From Botryllus schlosseri (Eukaryota), in assembly GCA_051294905.1 (NCBI GenBank), contig CM119371.1, forward strand, positions 15,624,001 to 15,688,000: a stretch of DNA of 64,000 bases, given 5' to 3'. Both the position numbers and the translations under genes were made by a program. Below the pieces are notes generated by a model that was given only the letters and a program-made list of their open reading frames with translations, had not been told where the DNA came from and made no database searches. Below are positions 1 to 11,531 of this stretch, piece by piece; position 1 is the stretch's first letter, and the number at the start of each line of letters is the position of its first letter.

Positions 1-164
1 TACTTCGGCTGCGGTCAATTCATTTGTGAGAAAACAATGGAGGCTCACTAAAACGCATGATCATTGAGTGATTGGCGGCTCTCACGGGTGTTAAATCAGC
101 ATTTCGCGAACAATCGAACATATGCAAGATACAGTGATTTTTGTCGACACCGATTACTTGATGA

Positions 165-341
165 CTTGAAATTGACTCGTGGATTTTGCTCCGAGTCACG
201 AGTCAATCCACATTTCTGATACGCCGAGTCAAGTCAAGTCAAGTCATTTTAGCAAAGTGACTCGAGTCAAGTCAAGTCATACTAAAAAGGTGACTCGAGT
301 CTGACTCGAGTCAAGTCATGACTCGAGTCATCCCAACACTG
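165..341. repeat. End of a MITE family with GACTCGAGTC/AAGTC subterminal arrays
   Basis: Clustered GACTCGAGTC palindromes and (AAGTC)n ending in CCCAACACTG. The same motifs occur at about 19140-19290, 22640-22794 and at both ends of the TSD-flanked copy 60162-63024. Confidence 0.75.
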
Positions 342-548
342 GTACATGTAAATATTTCATTGTGAAAGCCCTGCTCATAGACACATCGACAGGAGTTCAA
401 CAGAAGCCGTGATCGCAGAGTTACAATTTATTATGAAACATTGAAATTGCTGGAAAGAAGGTCTTAGGTAAAGATTGTGCAAAGAAGCGTTATATACAAA
501 TCTTTCAAACACTCTGAAAGCGATTTCTAGATCAATCATAACAATCTA

Positions 549-1570
549 CTACGGCCCATACAGAGTGATATATGGTAGAAGCCGGAAGTCATCAAAACGA
601 AGTAATTCTTTACTCAAGATTGGTTTTCCCTTCAAATTACCACGAGTACCCTGGCTTCCTTTATTCGATTCTCTTCCTTTTCGAAGTTTACTAACTAGCT
701 TTTTCGTGAAGGAGTGACCCAACACTCTGAGAAATAAGTCAATGATATAATCTATAACTAGTTTGGAATGGACATCAGAACATGTCGCTCTGTTAATGCT
801 GCTTCTGAAGTTGAATACGTACGAACTTTCGACAACTCTGTCCTGCAAAATTGAAAAGTTCATTAGCTTTGGGGATTTGCTGCATTCCCTTGTAAACTCC
901 CTGCAGACTCTCCTAAGAAGAAAGAGCAGCTCTGAGCTTGGATAAATAAGTGCCCCGGCCTTCCGCTCCATTAGGGGGATCAACTTGCCAAAGGGCTTAC
1001 CAGTGTTATTTGTAATATATTCAAGCAAAGATTGGTCCAACTGGTCATTGAATTTGCGAATCGCCTTTCTCAAAGTAAAACCAGCCATGTATTCCAAAAT
1101 ATCACTCTCCCTTTCAGAAATATACTGGCAGACACTAATGACTCAGGCTGCGGTGCCTTTATTCCATTATCAATAATTCTTTCCATGAGCTCAAGTAAAA
1201 ATTTGGCAGAGAGAAGCCTGTCCTTTGATTTTGTGAATGATATTGGATCACCGCAAACCTTACTGTAACTCATCACAAGATCATCAGGATTTCCGTTGGA
1301 GTTCATACTGATAATCCAACCCGTAGCTAGTTCAATACCTTTTTCAGAGAGTACTGGCGGGTCCTTGAAATCCAATGAGCGCAGCAGCGGTGCAAGATCA
1401 ACAAGTTGCTGTATGATATTTGGAACATACATGGTGTCCTTGCTTTCGTCAAAGTCGTTGAAGAGCAGTTCATGGACAATTTCCGGAGGAATATCGTACC
1501 ACTCCTCAACAACATCACTGACTTTCGAGGCCATAATTTCAATAGATATACTGTATAAATGACTATACAT
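549..1570 (-). pseudogene. Frameshifted ORF of about 340 aa whose C-terminal half resembles the C-terminal region of P/THAP9-type transposases
   Basis: ORFs 1070-1570 and 549-1097 overlap. The second frame is open back to about 1142 (SVCQYISERESDILEYMAGFTLRK), so one frameshift near 1131-1145 joins them. Motifs LEYMAGFTLRK, ERKAGALIYPS and IIDLFLRVLGHSF recall the YIAGY...RGGL..PS region of P-element C-termini. AATAAA on the minus strand at 427-432. Confidence 0.45.
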
Positions 1571-2612
1571 TAAAATATCAATAATAATAATAATAAGACA
1601 GATCCCATGACAGTACTGAATTACTATTTTTCCGACTAGTATTACAACCAGGGAAGGTACAACTGTTTGCAGGCATTTCCAATATTCGATAGTTGTAATT
1701 AATCACTAATACATATCTGCAAAACACCTACCGGTACTATAAGGTCAAATGCCCCAAAAGATCACTAACAGAAAACAGACACTTTCTCAATGCTAAGGTT
1801 TTGTGACTGGCGCAAATTTCCTAAACTCGTGAGGTCACTGTTACCCGACCGGAAATGATTGACAGGCCACGCAGTTACCGTTCTATCCCATTCAGTTTTC
1901 CATGATTTCATCGTTACCTACGTCGAAACATCGTATGTGGCCGATGGCTGCCCCGCGGCATGGCTGGAAACTTGATCCTGATGATGCTTTCGATACCCGC
2001 GGTATTCTACACCAGTGCTCTTCAACCGGGGTGGTTGTACACCCTAGGGTGTACCAGAATTCGCAAAGGGTGTACCACTCGGATGGGGTGTACAGGGGTG
2101 TACCAGATCCGAGTAACAATGAGCCGATTGCTAGCTATCACAAATGCCGGTTTATAGGTCAGTACAGACAGGTTGACGCACAGGTTAACGAGCAATATGG
2201 TACAATGTTATCGCAAGTGTAATACTGCAGTGCTCTTCAACCGGGGTGGTCGTACACCCTAGGGTGTACCAGAATTTGAAAAGGGTGTACCACTCGGATG
2301 GGGTGTACAGGGGTGTACCAGAACCGAATTACAATGAGCCGATGGCTAGCCATCACAAAGGCAGGTTTATGGGTCAGTACAGGTTGACGCACAGGTTAAT
2401 GAGCAATATGGTACGATGTTATCTCAAAGGTAATACTCGGGGATATCTAGAACTCCTAGACTTCTAGATATCCATGGGTAATACTGTACACCGCTTGATT
2501 GTGATGTCATAAGCAAATATTTCTCCCCCATACATTAGGCCGTCGGCGATAGACCAATGGTTCCGTTTGGTGTTGGAAAGTATGCAGTTAACAAACATGT
2601 GTTCAGCTATAG

Positions 2613-2670
2613 CAGGGGTGGGCAATTATTTTACTCCGCGGGCCAAATGAGAAGTAGAAAATACGTTGAT
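2613..2670 (+). repeat. Orphan hAT MITE end (CAGGGGTGGGCAA family)
   Basis: CAGGGGTGGGCAATTATTTTACTCCGCGGGCCAAATGAGAAG matches the reverse complement of about 63925-63983. Confidence 0.6.
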
Positions 2671-2882
2671 GGGCCGAGTGGAAATTTTTAGCTATATTAT
2701 CCAGTGTGTTTCAATTTCTAAATTATATTGTTAATATATGCTGCTCAGTGTATGTTAGCTAATGAGAAAGTGGCGGTTAATTAATGAAATAGCTATCTGC
2801 CGTCATGATTCGAAACAATGTTAAATATGATACGTTTTCAACTCTTTTTAAACCCCTATCGACGTTCTTCTATTAGGACACT

Positions 2883-5619
2883 CGGGGCCTACTATACTTA
2901 CGGCCTAATATGGCACATTACACTTGCAGGATATAAGAGGCCGACACTCCCAAACAGACATCACGATTGACTCAGCGATTGTTTTTACTTTGCTTGTCGA
3001 CAATAGTAAATGCCTCCCATCTTGAAGCAAAATGCACTCATTTCACTCGGCGAGGTCTAGCTTGACGGTTGCATCTGGTTATATGCTGCTGTATTGAACG
3101 TCTTATACTCATAATACAAGGTAGGCTACTGTAAAGTTGCGATTGCGCTATTCACATTTTGAGGCAAGGTTTTCGAGCTAGTCGCCAAGTTAGAATTATT
3201 ATTTAATGATTTCACGATCAGTTATTACCGTAGTAACAACTCTGTACGATTGCAGTGGGGGTATGTTTAGGAGCCGTTTTGACCATCCGGTAGCATCTAG
3301 ATAGGTAATTATGTAGCTGGAAATACTACTTCATGTTGCACTAGTTGCAGTATTAAACAAACTAATATCGGCTAGAATTCGTGGTGGTATTTTATGCGGC
3401 ATTTATGACAGTGAATTTTGACATATTATATGTATGCTTGACGATGCAGGCTTGGCTTAATGTATAATTGAACGATAATGGTCAACAAATGTTGTGTTCA
3501 CGGCTGTAAATCTGGATATTTAACTACTGAACAAAAAGTTTCGTCGTTTCACTTTCCATTTGACGATGCGGAGTTACAAAACAAATGGATAACTTTTGTG
3601 AATAGGCGCGATTGGAAACACACTCTCAATTCTGTAATCTGTGAATTGCACTTTGAATCAAAGTACATCACCGACTCTTGCTTGCGAAAACGACTACGTT
3701 TGGAGGAAAAACCAGTCCTGATGAAGGCACTGCCAGAGACGAAATTACAGGAACTTGGTTAGCAGAGGAATTGCTGGATTGAATAGCTACTCTCAATCGC
3801 CATAGATTTTCTGTTCGAAGACTTGTGTCGGATAATCATTCTTCAAATTTAAAGCATTTGCATTAAGAGACAAAAATACCCTGGAAATGATGAGTTCTCT
3901 TTTCATCATCCATCCCGCGCCAAGAAAAGATATCTATTTTTCGATACTGTACGTCTTCTAAAGAGCATATGAAACAATTTACTCCGGGGCAAGAAATTCA
4001 TTTTTCCTCCATTCTCATTCACCATTGATTCTTCAAGTATATCATCGCCTGGAGCATTCGTTGCATGTGGCGATCTTCACAAAATCAGGGGATGTGATGA
4101 TAAGCTGGATTCGAATTTGCGTAAAGCGCCAAAATTGACATTTTTGCCTCATTGCATCCAAGCAACAACAACAGAATGTCAACTTGGCTCTTGCTCCATT
4201 CCACGAGACAACTATTGCAGCTTGCAAAAGTTGCTTGCCTCACAGGGAAGATATGGCTTCATTTTTGAGTCTTGCTAATGCTTGGTGGACACTGGACAGT
4301 GGACAATCGTCAATTTCTGTCACAGATTCTCAGCAAACCCCTAGGCCAAAGCAGTGGTCCACCAAGATTCAAAAATTGATTCTTTACAAGACTTTGCTAA
4401 TTGGCTTATAAAATGGAATGGATATAACCCCCATAACTATTGTCTATAAACTGTCAAAGCAAACCTTCAAAGCTCCGATTGAAACCCTGCAGCGCAGTCA
4501 CTACTTATGCAAGATCCGATTAAAAGAAGGTTCTCGCGGTATAGGCAAATGAGTGGGGGAGATTTCCGAAGGGTTTAACAGAAGTTACCAATTCTGAAAA
4601 GATAATTCTGCTCCGTTCCATCCTAAAATTGAGGTAAACTACTTGGAGCATGATATTGGTGTTTCAAGTTCAACTCATTTTGATCATTTCAAGCAAGTCA
4701 TTGAAGATGTGGCGATTGAAATTTCCGAATCAATTCTATCTCCTGACAACGAGGAGGTGTCGCATGTTGTGGATGGGGACATTGATAAGGAGGTCCTCGA
4801 AAAATTGTCTTGTCAAATATGTTATGAGTCCTTTTTGATGAGTCCTGTGGCGCAAGTTCACGTTATTTCGACTTGCTCGGTCGTGGGGGACTGCTTGCTC
4901 CCTCAGAACCACTCGCCAAGTTTGTTGCATCCAGTTTTTAAATCCTAGATGGTCTGATAAAACCATCTGCTCTAACCCCCCAAGTTGCAGTGAGAGAAGC
5001 TGGTCAATATGTTTTGCATCGTTTTTTTGGGGGGGGGCTCAAGTTTTGCATGTTGTGATCATCGAGATCGAGCTTTCAAATTGGCGAGCAAAATCATTGT
5101 GAACACATATTATAATAAAAAGCAGAAGCTGGTAAATGCCTCTGTGAGAAAAGATGCTGCGACAGACTATAAAAAACGGCAGTTGAGCAGCAAGACGTAG
5201 TTTGCGTACTGCAGTAATTCATTTCACTTGCAGAACTTCTATGGCTAAGCTTCATGTAGTTTTTCAGAGTAGTTCCAAATGAATGACTTTCATTTTTACG
5301 TGCTTGGATTCGTTTTACCATGCAATAAAATACTTTTACACGCCCAATTGGGGATTCTCGATACATTGTCTTATTCTGCGTTTGTGTATATATACGTTGC
5401 GACGCTGTCACTTGGCTCTTAATTGGGTTGTTTCACCTGAAAGTACTAACTTTGACTGTTATACGACTTCATTACACTTGTATGGCGAGGCGTCTGGTAT
5501 CGAGAAGTGAGATCGCAAACAATCATTGAGTCAGTCGTGATGTCTGTTATGTAAGCGTCGGCCTCTTATATCCTGCAAGTGTAATGTGCCATATTAGGCC
5601 GTAAGTATCGTAGGCCCCG
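2883..5619 (+). mobile_element. Degenerate P-superfamily (THAP) DNA transposon
   Basis: TIRs of about 100 bp beginning CGGGGCCTAC (2883 to about 2985 vs about 5516-5619; first 63 bp differ at one position). 7-bp TSD GGACACT (2876-2882, 5620-5626). Internal THAP and P-transposase remnants. Confidence 0.9.
3478..5200 (+). pseudogene. THAP-domain P-element transposase remnant (stops, frameshifts, internal deletion)
   Basis: THAP zinc finger CCVHGC...FHFP...W...CELHF (3478-3762). Downstream fragments FFDTVRLLKSI, LRKAPKLT...LHPSNNKQNVNLALAPFHETT, DPIKRRFSRYRQMSGGRF and KIIVNTYYNKKQK are P-transposase motifs in different frames. Confidence 0.85.
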
Positions 5620-6354
5620 GGACACTAAAACAGTTGTTCTCGAACTTATTTTAGGAACGCCCCGGTTCATGATAGTGAAAATGTTCACGCCCAATCCAAC
5701 GGATGGTTTAATGCCATGGAAGGTTATAGTTGTTGATAAGGGAATTCTATAATATCAAATTTGGACAATACACAGAGCAATAACTATACTATGAGCTTGG
5801 AGTAGATCGCGCGGGGCGCTAAAAAAAATACATTTAACTTCGGCTTCGCGCCTCCCTTCAGATGCTTTCGCGGCCCCCAGTTCGAGAGCCACTGCGCTGA
5901 AATGTATATGAGATAGTACAAATCTTGGTCGCTTTGGTCGCTGTATTCCGAGTAGTGTGCAGCTCGAATAGCCTTGATGTTGAGCGAAGTTTGCAGTTTT
6001 CCTGAGGTTCGCCCTCTCTTGGCCGAGAGATTTGTGTTTTTGTCATAATTCAAACCCTTACTTCCGCCGACATGATTGGCAAAAAACTAAAATGACGGGT
6101 CTACCCCTAGCTCCAGTATACAAATATTAGTGCGCTAAACCCTCTATGAATTTCAGCTTTCGATTTCCTCTTTTTGACATGAACTTTCATCCTTTATGGG
6201 TGATAGATATTAGGTATGATGATGATGATGATGAGTCATATAGGATAGCAGTGGCGAGCACTGATTGACTGGTTTTACCAACTACAGATTTGGAAACGCC
6301 TCACGTTACGATTTGAAACTCGTACCGTATAATGCGTAATGTGACAATCGCAAC

Positions 6355-8411
6355 CAGACATGGGGTAATCGCGATTAGTAATCGTAATCGATTACGACGA
6401 TTACAGCATTTTCAAGTAATCGTAATCGCAATCGATTACATTCGAAAAAATCCCGAAGTAATCGTAATCGTAATCGACTACTTCCCATATTTAATCGATT
6501 TCTTTGTGAAATAACGATTACTTTTTATTTGTACAAGGACTGTGACATAAACTGAACACTCGTGAACAAGGAACAGATATTATACCAGTTATTGAGAGCA
6601 CAAACGTCTGATTTTCAAATGCCACTGCTCATTATTACGTCAGAGGTATCCTATTAGCTTTGCTCGTCTTTGCGTAGGAAGTGTCCACACATAGTAAATA
6701 GATATTCGATGTACATAAGTGTGATTGTAAGAAACCCACCGTGCTGAATATCGGTTTATCAATACATTTCAGACGCCACTACCCCGCATCAGGATAATTA
6801 ATTATAATCACCTATCTGCCTAAGTTAAAATAGCAACTGTTGTATTGATGTTTGGCTATGCTTAGTTAAACTATAGAATGTAATAGTTCTAATTCTAGAG
6901 TTAAATGCAGTTTCACCGTTGCTGCTTGGCGAGCAGTAGACCTATATCGTACGAACGTACAGCAGACAAAGGTTTAAAATTTTGTACTCGTCAAATAAAA
7001 CATTACGGTTTCCACAACGGAGCATTAAAATCAACAGCTGCTGATATGTATCATAACTGGGCCTGTGTTTTGCCGTTTCTCGTAATGGCAGCTTGCATTA
7101 CATTATCTGCATTAAGTTGAAGGCAGAATTTTATGTTCTCTTTCTGCAATCTCATATTATTCTACTCAAAACGGGCGCCAATCGCTATTTCACAATTCTT
7201 TAATGAACATTTGGACTTGCCGCCATAGCCATCGGCTTATATACCATATGTTAGCGTGGGTTGTAGTTAGAATCAGGATCAAAACAGCAAAAGCGTCCCC
7301 CAATCAAACTTTGGTCTTGGGCCACCATAGGGTAGTCAATTTCGAAGTTGACGATTTCATTTCGTCAATAATATTGGTAATTGCATTATTTTGCATTTTT
7401 AATCCTATCTCAGCGCCCTAACGTCAGATTTACCTGAAGAGCGGGGGGGGGGGGCGTAATTCCTAATTATAACATCTGCTGGTATCTTGCAATAATTAGT
7501 TTATTGTATGTTGTTAATTCGTGACCTCCGGTCTGTTATATAGCCAAAAGTAGTGGCCCAAATAACAGACTAACAGAAAAACTTGCGTGAGACGCACACA
7601 CAAATTGTCATGTCTAATGCTCCGTGGGTGCCCGGGTGGCATTTGCATCGTGGGCTCAGATTGGGAGGAATGGACTGTTAGTCACGCCCACCCAGCGCGG
7701 CTATTAACAATGGACACATACGCTAAGTTTTGGCCAATGTCTTTTTTAATAGCACACTTCGTGAAGTCTCATGTTGGCCGAAACTGCATAAGTCTTTTGA
7801 TGTGTCGAGGAGCGGTATTGACTGGCACCTAAATGCCTATTACTATGAATTATGCAATATGCATGCTTTATTTCTTGAGGGGGAGACGTATATGCATTTC
7901 GAAATCAAGCTATCTAAAGACATTTAAATCGCAAAGCTCAAAGAGAAATTCGAAGTTAATGAAATCTCTCGAAAATACTCTATCATTTATGTTAGTTTAT
8001 AAAATACTTTTGAGTCCCCTCCAACCACGCTCCCCACCCTATTGGGGAATTGGGGGTGGGGCAGTCATGGACATGGCAAGAATGCAAATCATTTGGTGCG
8101 ATAAACCGTCCTCTATAAAATGGGCTATGGGTACATTATGACGTAACAAGGAAATGCCCCATCTTTTTTAAAGACAGTTGTTATATCATTGGGCCTTTCC
8201 AGCGCAATCCATGTATTGTCTTCCAATATAACTACTACGATGCAAAAGAAATGTAATCGTGAGTAATCGTGATTACTTTTCAAATGTAATCGTAATCGTA
8301 ATCGACTACTTCCCGATTTTGCTGTAATCGTAATCGTAATCGTAATCGCGTGATTCAGAAGTAATCGTAATCGCAATCGATTACATTCATGAAGTAATCA
8401 CCCCATGTCTG
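6355..8411. mobile_element. Non-autonomous hAT-type element with GTAATC/GATTAC subterminal arrays
   Basis: TIR CAGACATGGGG, perfect 8-bp TSD ATCGCAAC (6347-6354, 8412-8419), (GTAATC)n arrays inside both ends. Confidence 0.85.
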
Positions 8412-9225
8412 ATCGCAACTAAGAAGGTTTGACCTAAACTATGGAAAGAGTGATTTCTTATGGATTTAATTGTTGCTCATACTTCGCCACAATGCCTTCA
8501 TTTTGAATCTGGAGTACGCATGAAAGGTATGTAGGAAGCGTAGTCGTGACATATTAATGAACAGGCTTCAAAGCAAACGAATTGTCTGTTTAGTTGATAC
8601 AGCCTAAATTTTAGTCCACGCATCATCGTTAAAAAAGCAGGTTGTATGTTAAGAATTCCAAGCAATCTTTCGCGGGCCGCGCAGGATGGCTTCGCGGGCC
8701 GCACTTTGCCCAGGTCTGAGCTATAGTCATTTGTCTTTAAGTGATTTTTGAGGAAACCGCCGCGATAGCTCAGACGTAGCCAGCCAGGGTCGAAACAGCT
8801 TCCGTGTTGAAATCGAAACCCTTTTGTTTTAAAATGCCGATTTTATATCCAATCTTTCGCCATACATTCGCAATTTAGTATTTTGTTATTTAGTGATGCC
8901 AATTAGCGACAATAGACTGTGTATAGCGGCATACGATCTGAGGTTACTGACATCTCTTCCAGCCCATGTGCTACTGTCGACTGTGTGTGGTGTGAGGCAG
9001 GCCTGATACGCAGTAGGCTGGTGCGCCTGCTATCATCGCTGATCTGAATTACCGCTTCTGCAGCAGTAGCTTTACTTACTTTCTCCCCAATACTGTTACA
9101 TTTAGGTTGATTATCGTTCGCAATGTCATGCTGTTTTGGGGCTGACACGAAATAAATTCCAATTTGCGTGGCGGGCGGCCTAACTGGCTGCGAATAAACT
9201 CTGTGACCAAATACTATTTTATTCA

Positions 9226-9425
9226 AATCCAATTTTTTTGACGGCAATAACTCCGCTTCTACTGATTGGAATTGAATCAAATTTGAAGAACATCATTTTT
9301 ATAGACAACAGAAAAATTTCACATTTTTCGTTATTTATTTTTATATAATAAATAGCAACTTTCTTGTCCCGTAGCCATGCGGCTACTGGTTGGAATTGAA
9401 CCAAATTTGGTGTGTAGGCTTAAGT
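9226..9425. repeat. Dispersed repeat shared with about 18490-18730 (opposite orientation)
   Basis: Its reverse complement aligns by eye with 18490-18730 (TTAGGTT.CCT...CACACCAAATTTG...AATTCCA and GAAGCGGAGTTATT blocks). Termini not resolved. Confidence 0.55.
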
Positions 9426-10377
9426 TAGGTAACCTAACAATTTTATCAAGTAGCCAGTACGATTTGAGGAAAAAAGTCATTTTTGAAGACCAGGGGTGTA
9501 CGAGTTTTGAGCAAACGTTAAAAGGGTGTACCACGTCGAAAAAGGTTGAAGAGCACTGTTCTACACAGTAGTTGTGATATTTATTTTTGATGGCTAGAAT
9601 TTGATGGTTAACTCGTCGGCAAGTTGCCTGTTTTTGGTACAGGAACTTGGATGATTATCAATTTTAACTCTATTCTGATGGAGCATGTTTAGAGCTCATG
9701 TATTAGTCGACATTGTATCTGAAATTGCTACCATTAATCCATGCGGTCATGTGAAACACTAAAACTATCTTCTTTTAGATGACTGCGTTATCAAGCTGGG
9801 ACCGTTCATTAATTTTAAGTATTGAAATTTCTTAAATCATCGTTAGATGCGCGAAGATGAGTACAAAACCTATTATTATTTTTTAAATATGTTAGGCTAA
9901 TATGTAAGCATACTTCGATTGCCGCCGACTCTAAATGGCGGAATTTATAATACTGCATGTTGGACCAAGACATATGACTGAATGACTCGTATCTAAACGT
10001 CGGAACTAGCAGACTGTGGAACATGTGGAACTTGCAGTAATAAATGTAATGTAATCTTGGTCCTTCTGGCCAGCAGTTCCACTCGGTCCACCATATTGTA
10101 TTACAAGTTCCTTGGACCTTGTTCCTCCGTTTAGATTTGAGTCATTTTGTTTTCGTTTGCTGTTTCGCTCCGTCCGCTGTTCAGCATGGCAGGTTCCGCG
10201 GTTTAGAGTTGGCGCGATACCTGCGCTTTAACTGATTGCATAGCTCCATTTCTATCTGTGATTATTACTGCCCCACTAACCCCACTTTGCGCTCTTCAGG
10301 TATTCCTAAGTGGTTCAGTCTTTATTGAGTGATATATCAACCTAGAAAGTGTCTGTTCTCTATATATAGGCCTACAG

Positions 10378-11531
10378 CAGGGGTCTCCAACACGCGGCCC
10401 GCGGGCCGCATGCGGCCCGCGAGGTCATATTTTGCGGCCCGCGACCTGATTTGAAAAAATTTCAGAAAAACGTTTAGTAAATCATTTTGAAACATATTGT
10501 TGTTGTTTTTCAAAGTAAGTCATTCTATGTGCCCAATATCACTATTACTCACTAGTTGATACGGCTTCGGCATGGTAATATCATTCCATGGATGAACAAT
10601 TTGCTGGTGCGAATGTGCATATTGCCTTGACGTGCAATGGCCCACCACTGCCAAGACCGAGACGCTTGAAAAACGACTTCGGGCTCTCCAAAACACCATG
10701 CTTTACGAGGAGACAGTTGTCTACCAAATAGGCCTACCGTGTCTAGCTAACCCCAATATTGAATCTTTAATCCAAGGGTGGTCAATCTGCGGCAGTAGAA
10801 GGAAAATTATGCGGCTGTCGACACTTTTAATAACTACCCTAAGTTTTCGAAGATACCCCCTGCATCAGCTGTATCGGTGAATCTGATCACATTGGCCGAG
10901 AAAGGATAAGTATTTTATAGTAATATGTGAAACGATACTAATATTTATTGACGAAATTCACTCATGAACATAAAAAATTTTCGCGCTTCGCGCGACTACA
11001 GAATGGTTTCATGTGGCTCTTTACAACATAACTACTAGCGTTTTCAGTGCGCATAGTAAGCCGATATGCGTAAATAGATGAGTTGGGAGTGTACCGGCAA
11101 TGGACATGGACAGTTTAACGTGGGTATTTGACCCCAGTTAGTTTATCACGAATATCCACCGGTATGCGGCCGCAGGCTGCATGAATAATCGACATGCGGC
11201 CGTGAATAGCAAAAATCATGGCCACCCCTGTTTTAGCGGCTACAGCGTGTTGTCAGGTATCGTGTACAGCTCATAGTTCAAAATGTAATGAAATTGATCA
11301 TCATGATACTTTTTGTTGTATTTGTGTTAGTTCAATAAAAAATTATTTCTTTTGTGGTGACTATAGCCGTCGCCCCGGTTAGAGAGCACAGCATTGTAAT
11401 AACGTAGAGTTATCAGACGTGGTTGTTGAACTGCGTTGCCTACTTTTATCTCGATATTGATGTCATGCGGCCCGCGGCCTCTAGGAATTTGGAAAAGTGG
11501 CCCGCGACCCATTTTGAGTTGGCGACCCCTG
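10378..11531. mobile_element. hAT-type MITE
   Basis: TIR CAGGGGTC(T/G)CCAAC, perfect 8-bp TSD GCCTACAG (10370-10377, 11532-11539), GCGGCCCGC subterminal repeats. Confidence 0.85.

Larger units (their letters stand above)
2013..9558. mobile_element. Non-autonomous hAT-type element (7.5 kb including nested insertions)
   Basis: Perfect 15-bp TIR CAGTGCTCTTCAACC (2013-2027 and 9544-9558) and perfect 8-bp TSD TTCTACAC (2005-2012, 9559-9566). GGTGTAC subterminal motifs at both ends. Confidence 0.85.

Noticed and set aside
1892-2467. Repeated ORFs (VVHPRVYQN...) as a duplicated gene
   Set aside because: They are translations of the duplicated hAT left terminus.
8760-8820. tRNA-like boxes (GATAGCTCAG...GGGTCGAAAC)
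   Set aside because: Box spacing is too short and no cloverleaf stems are evident.
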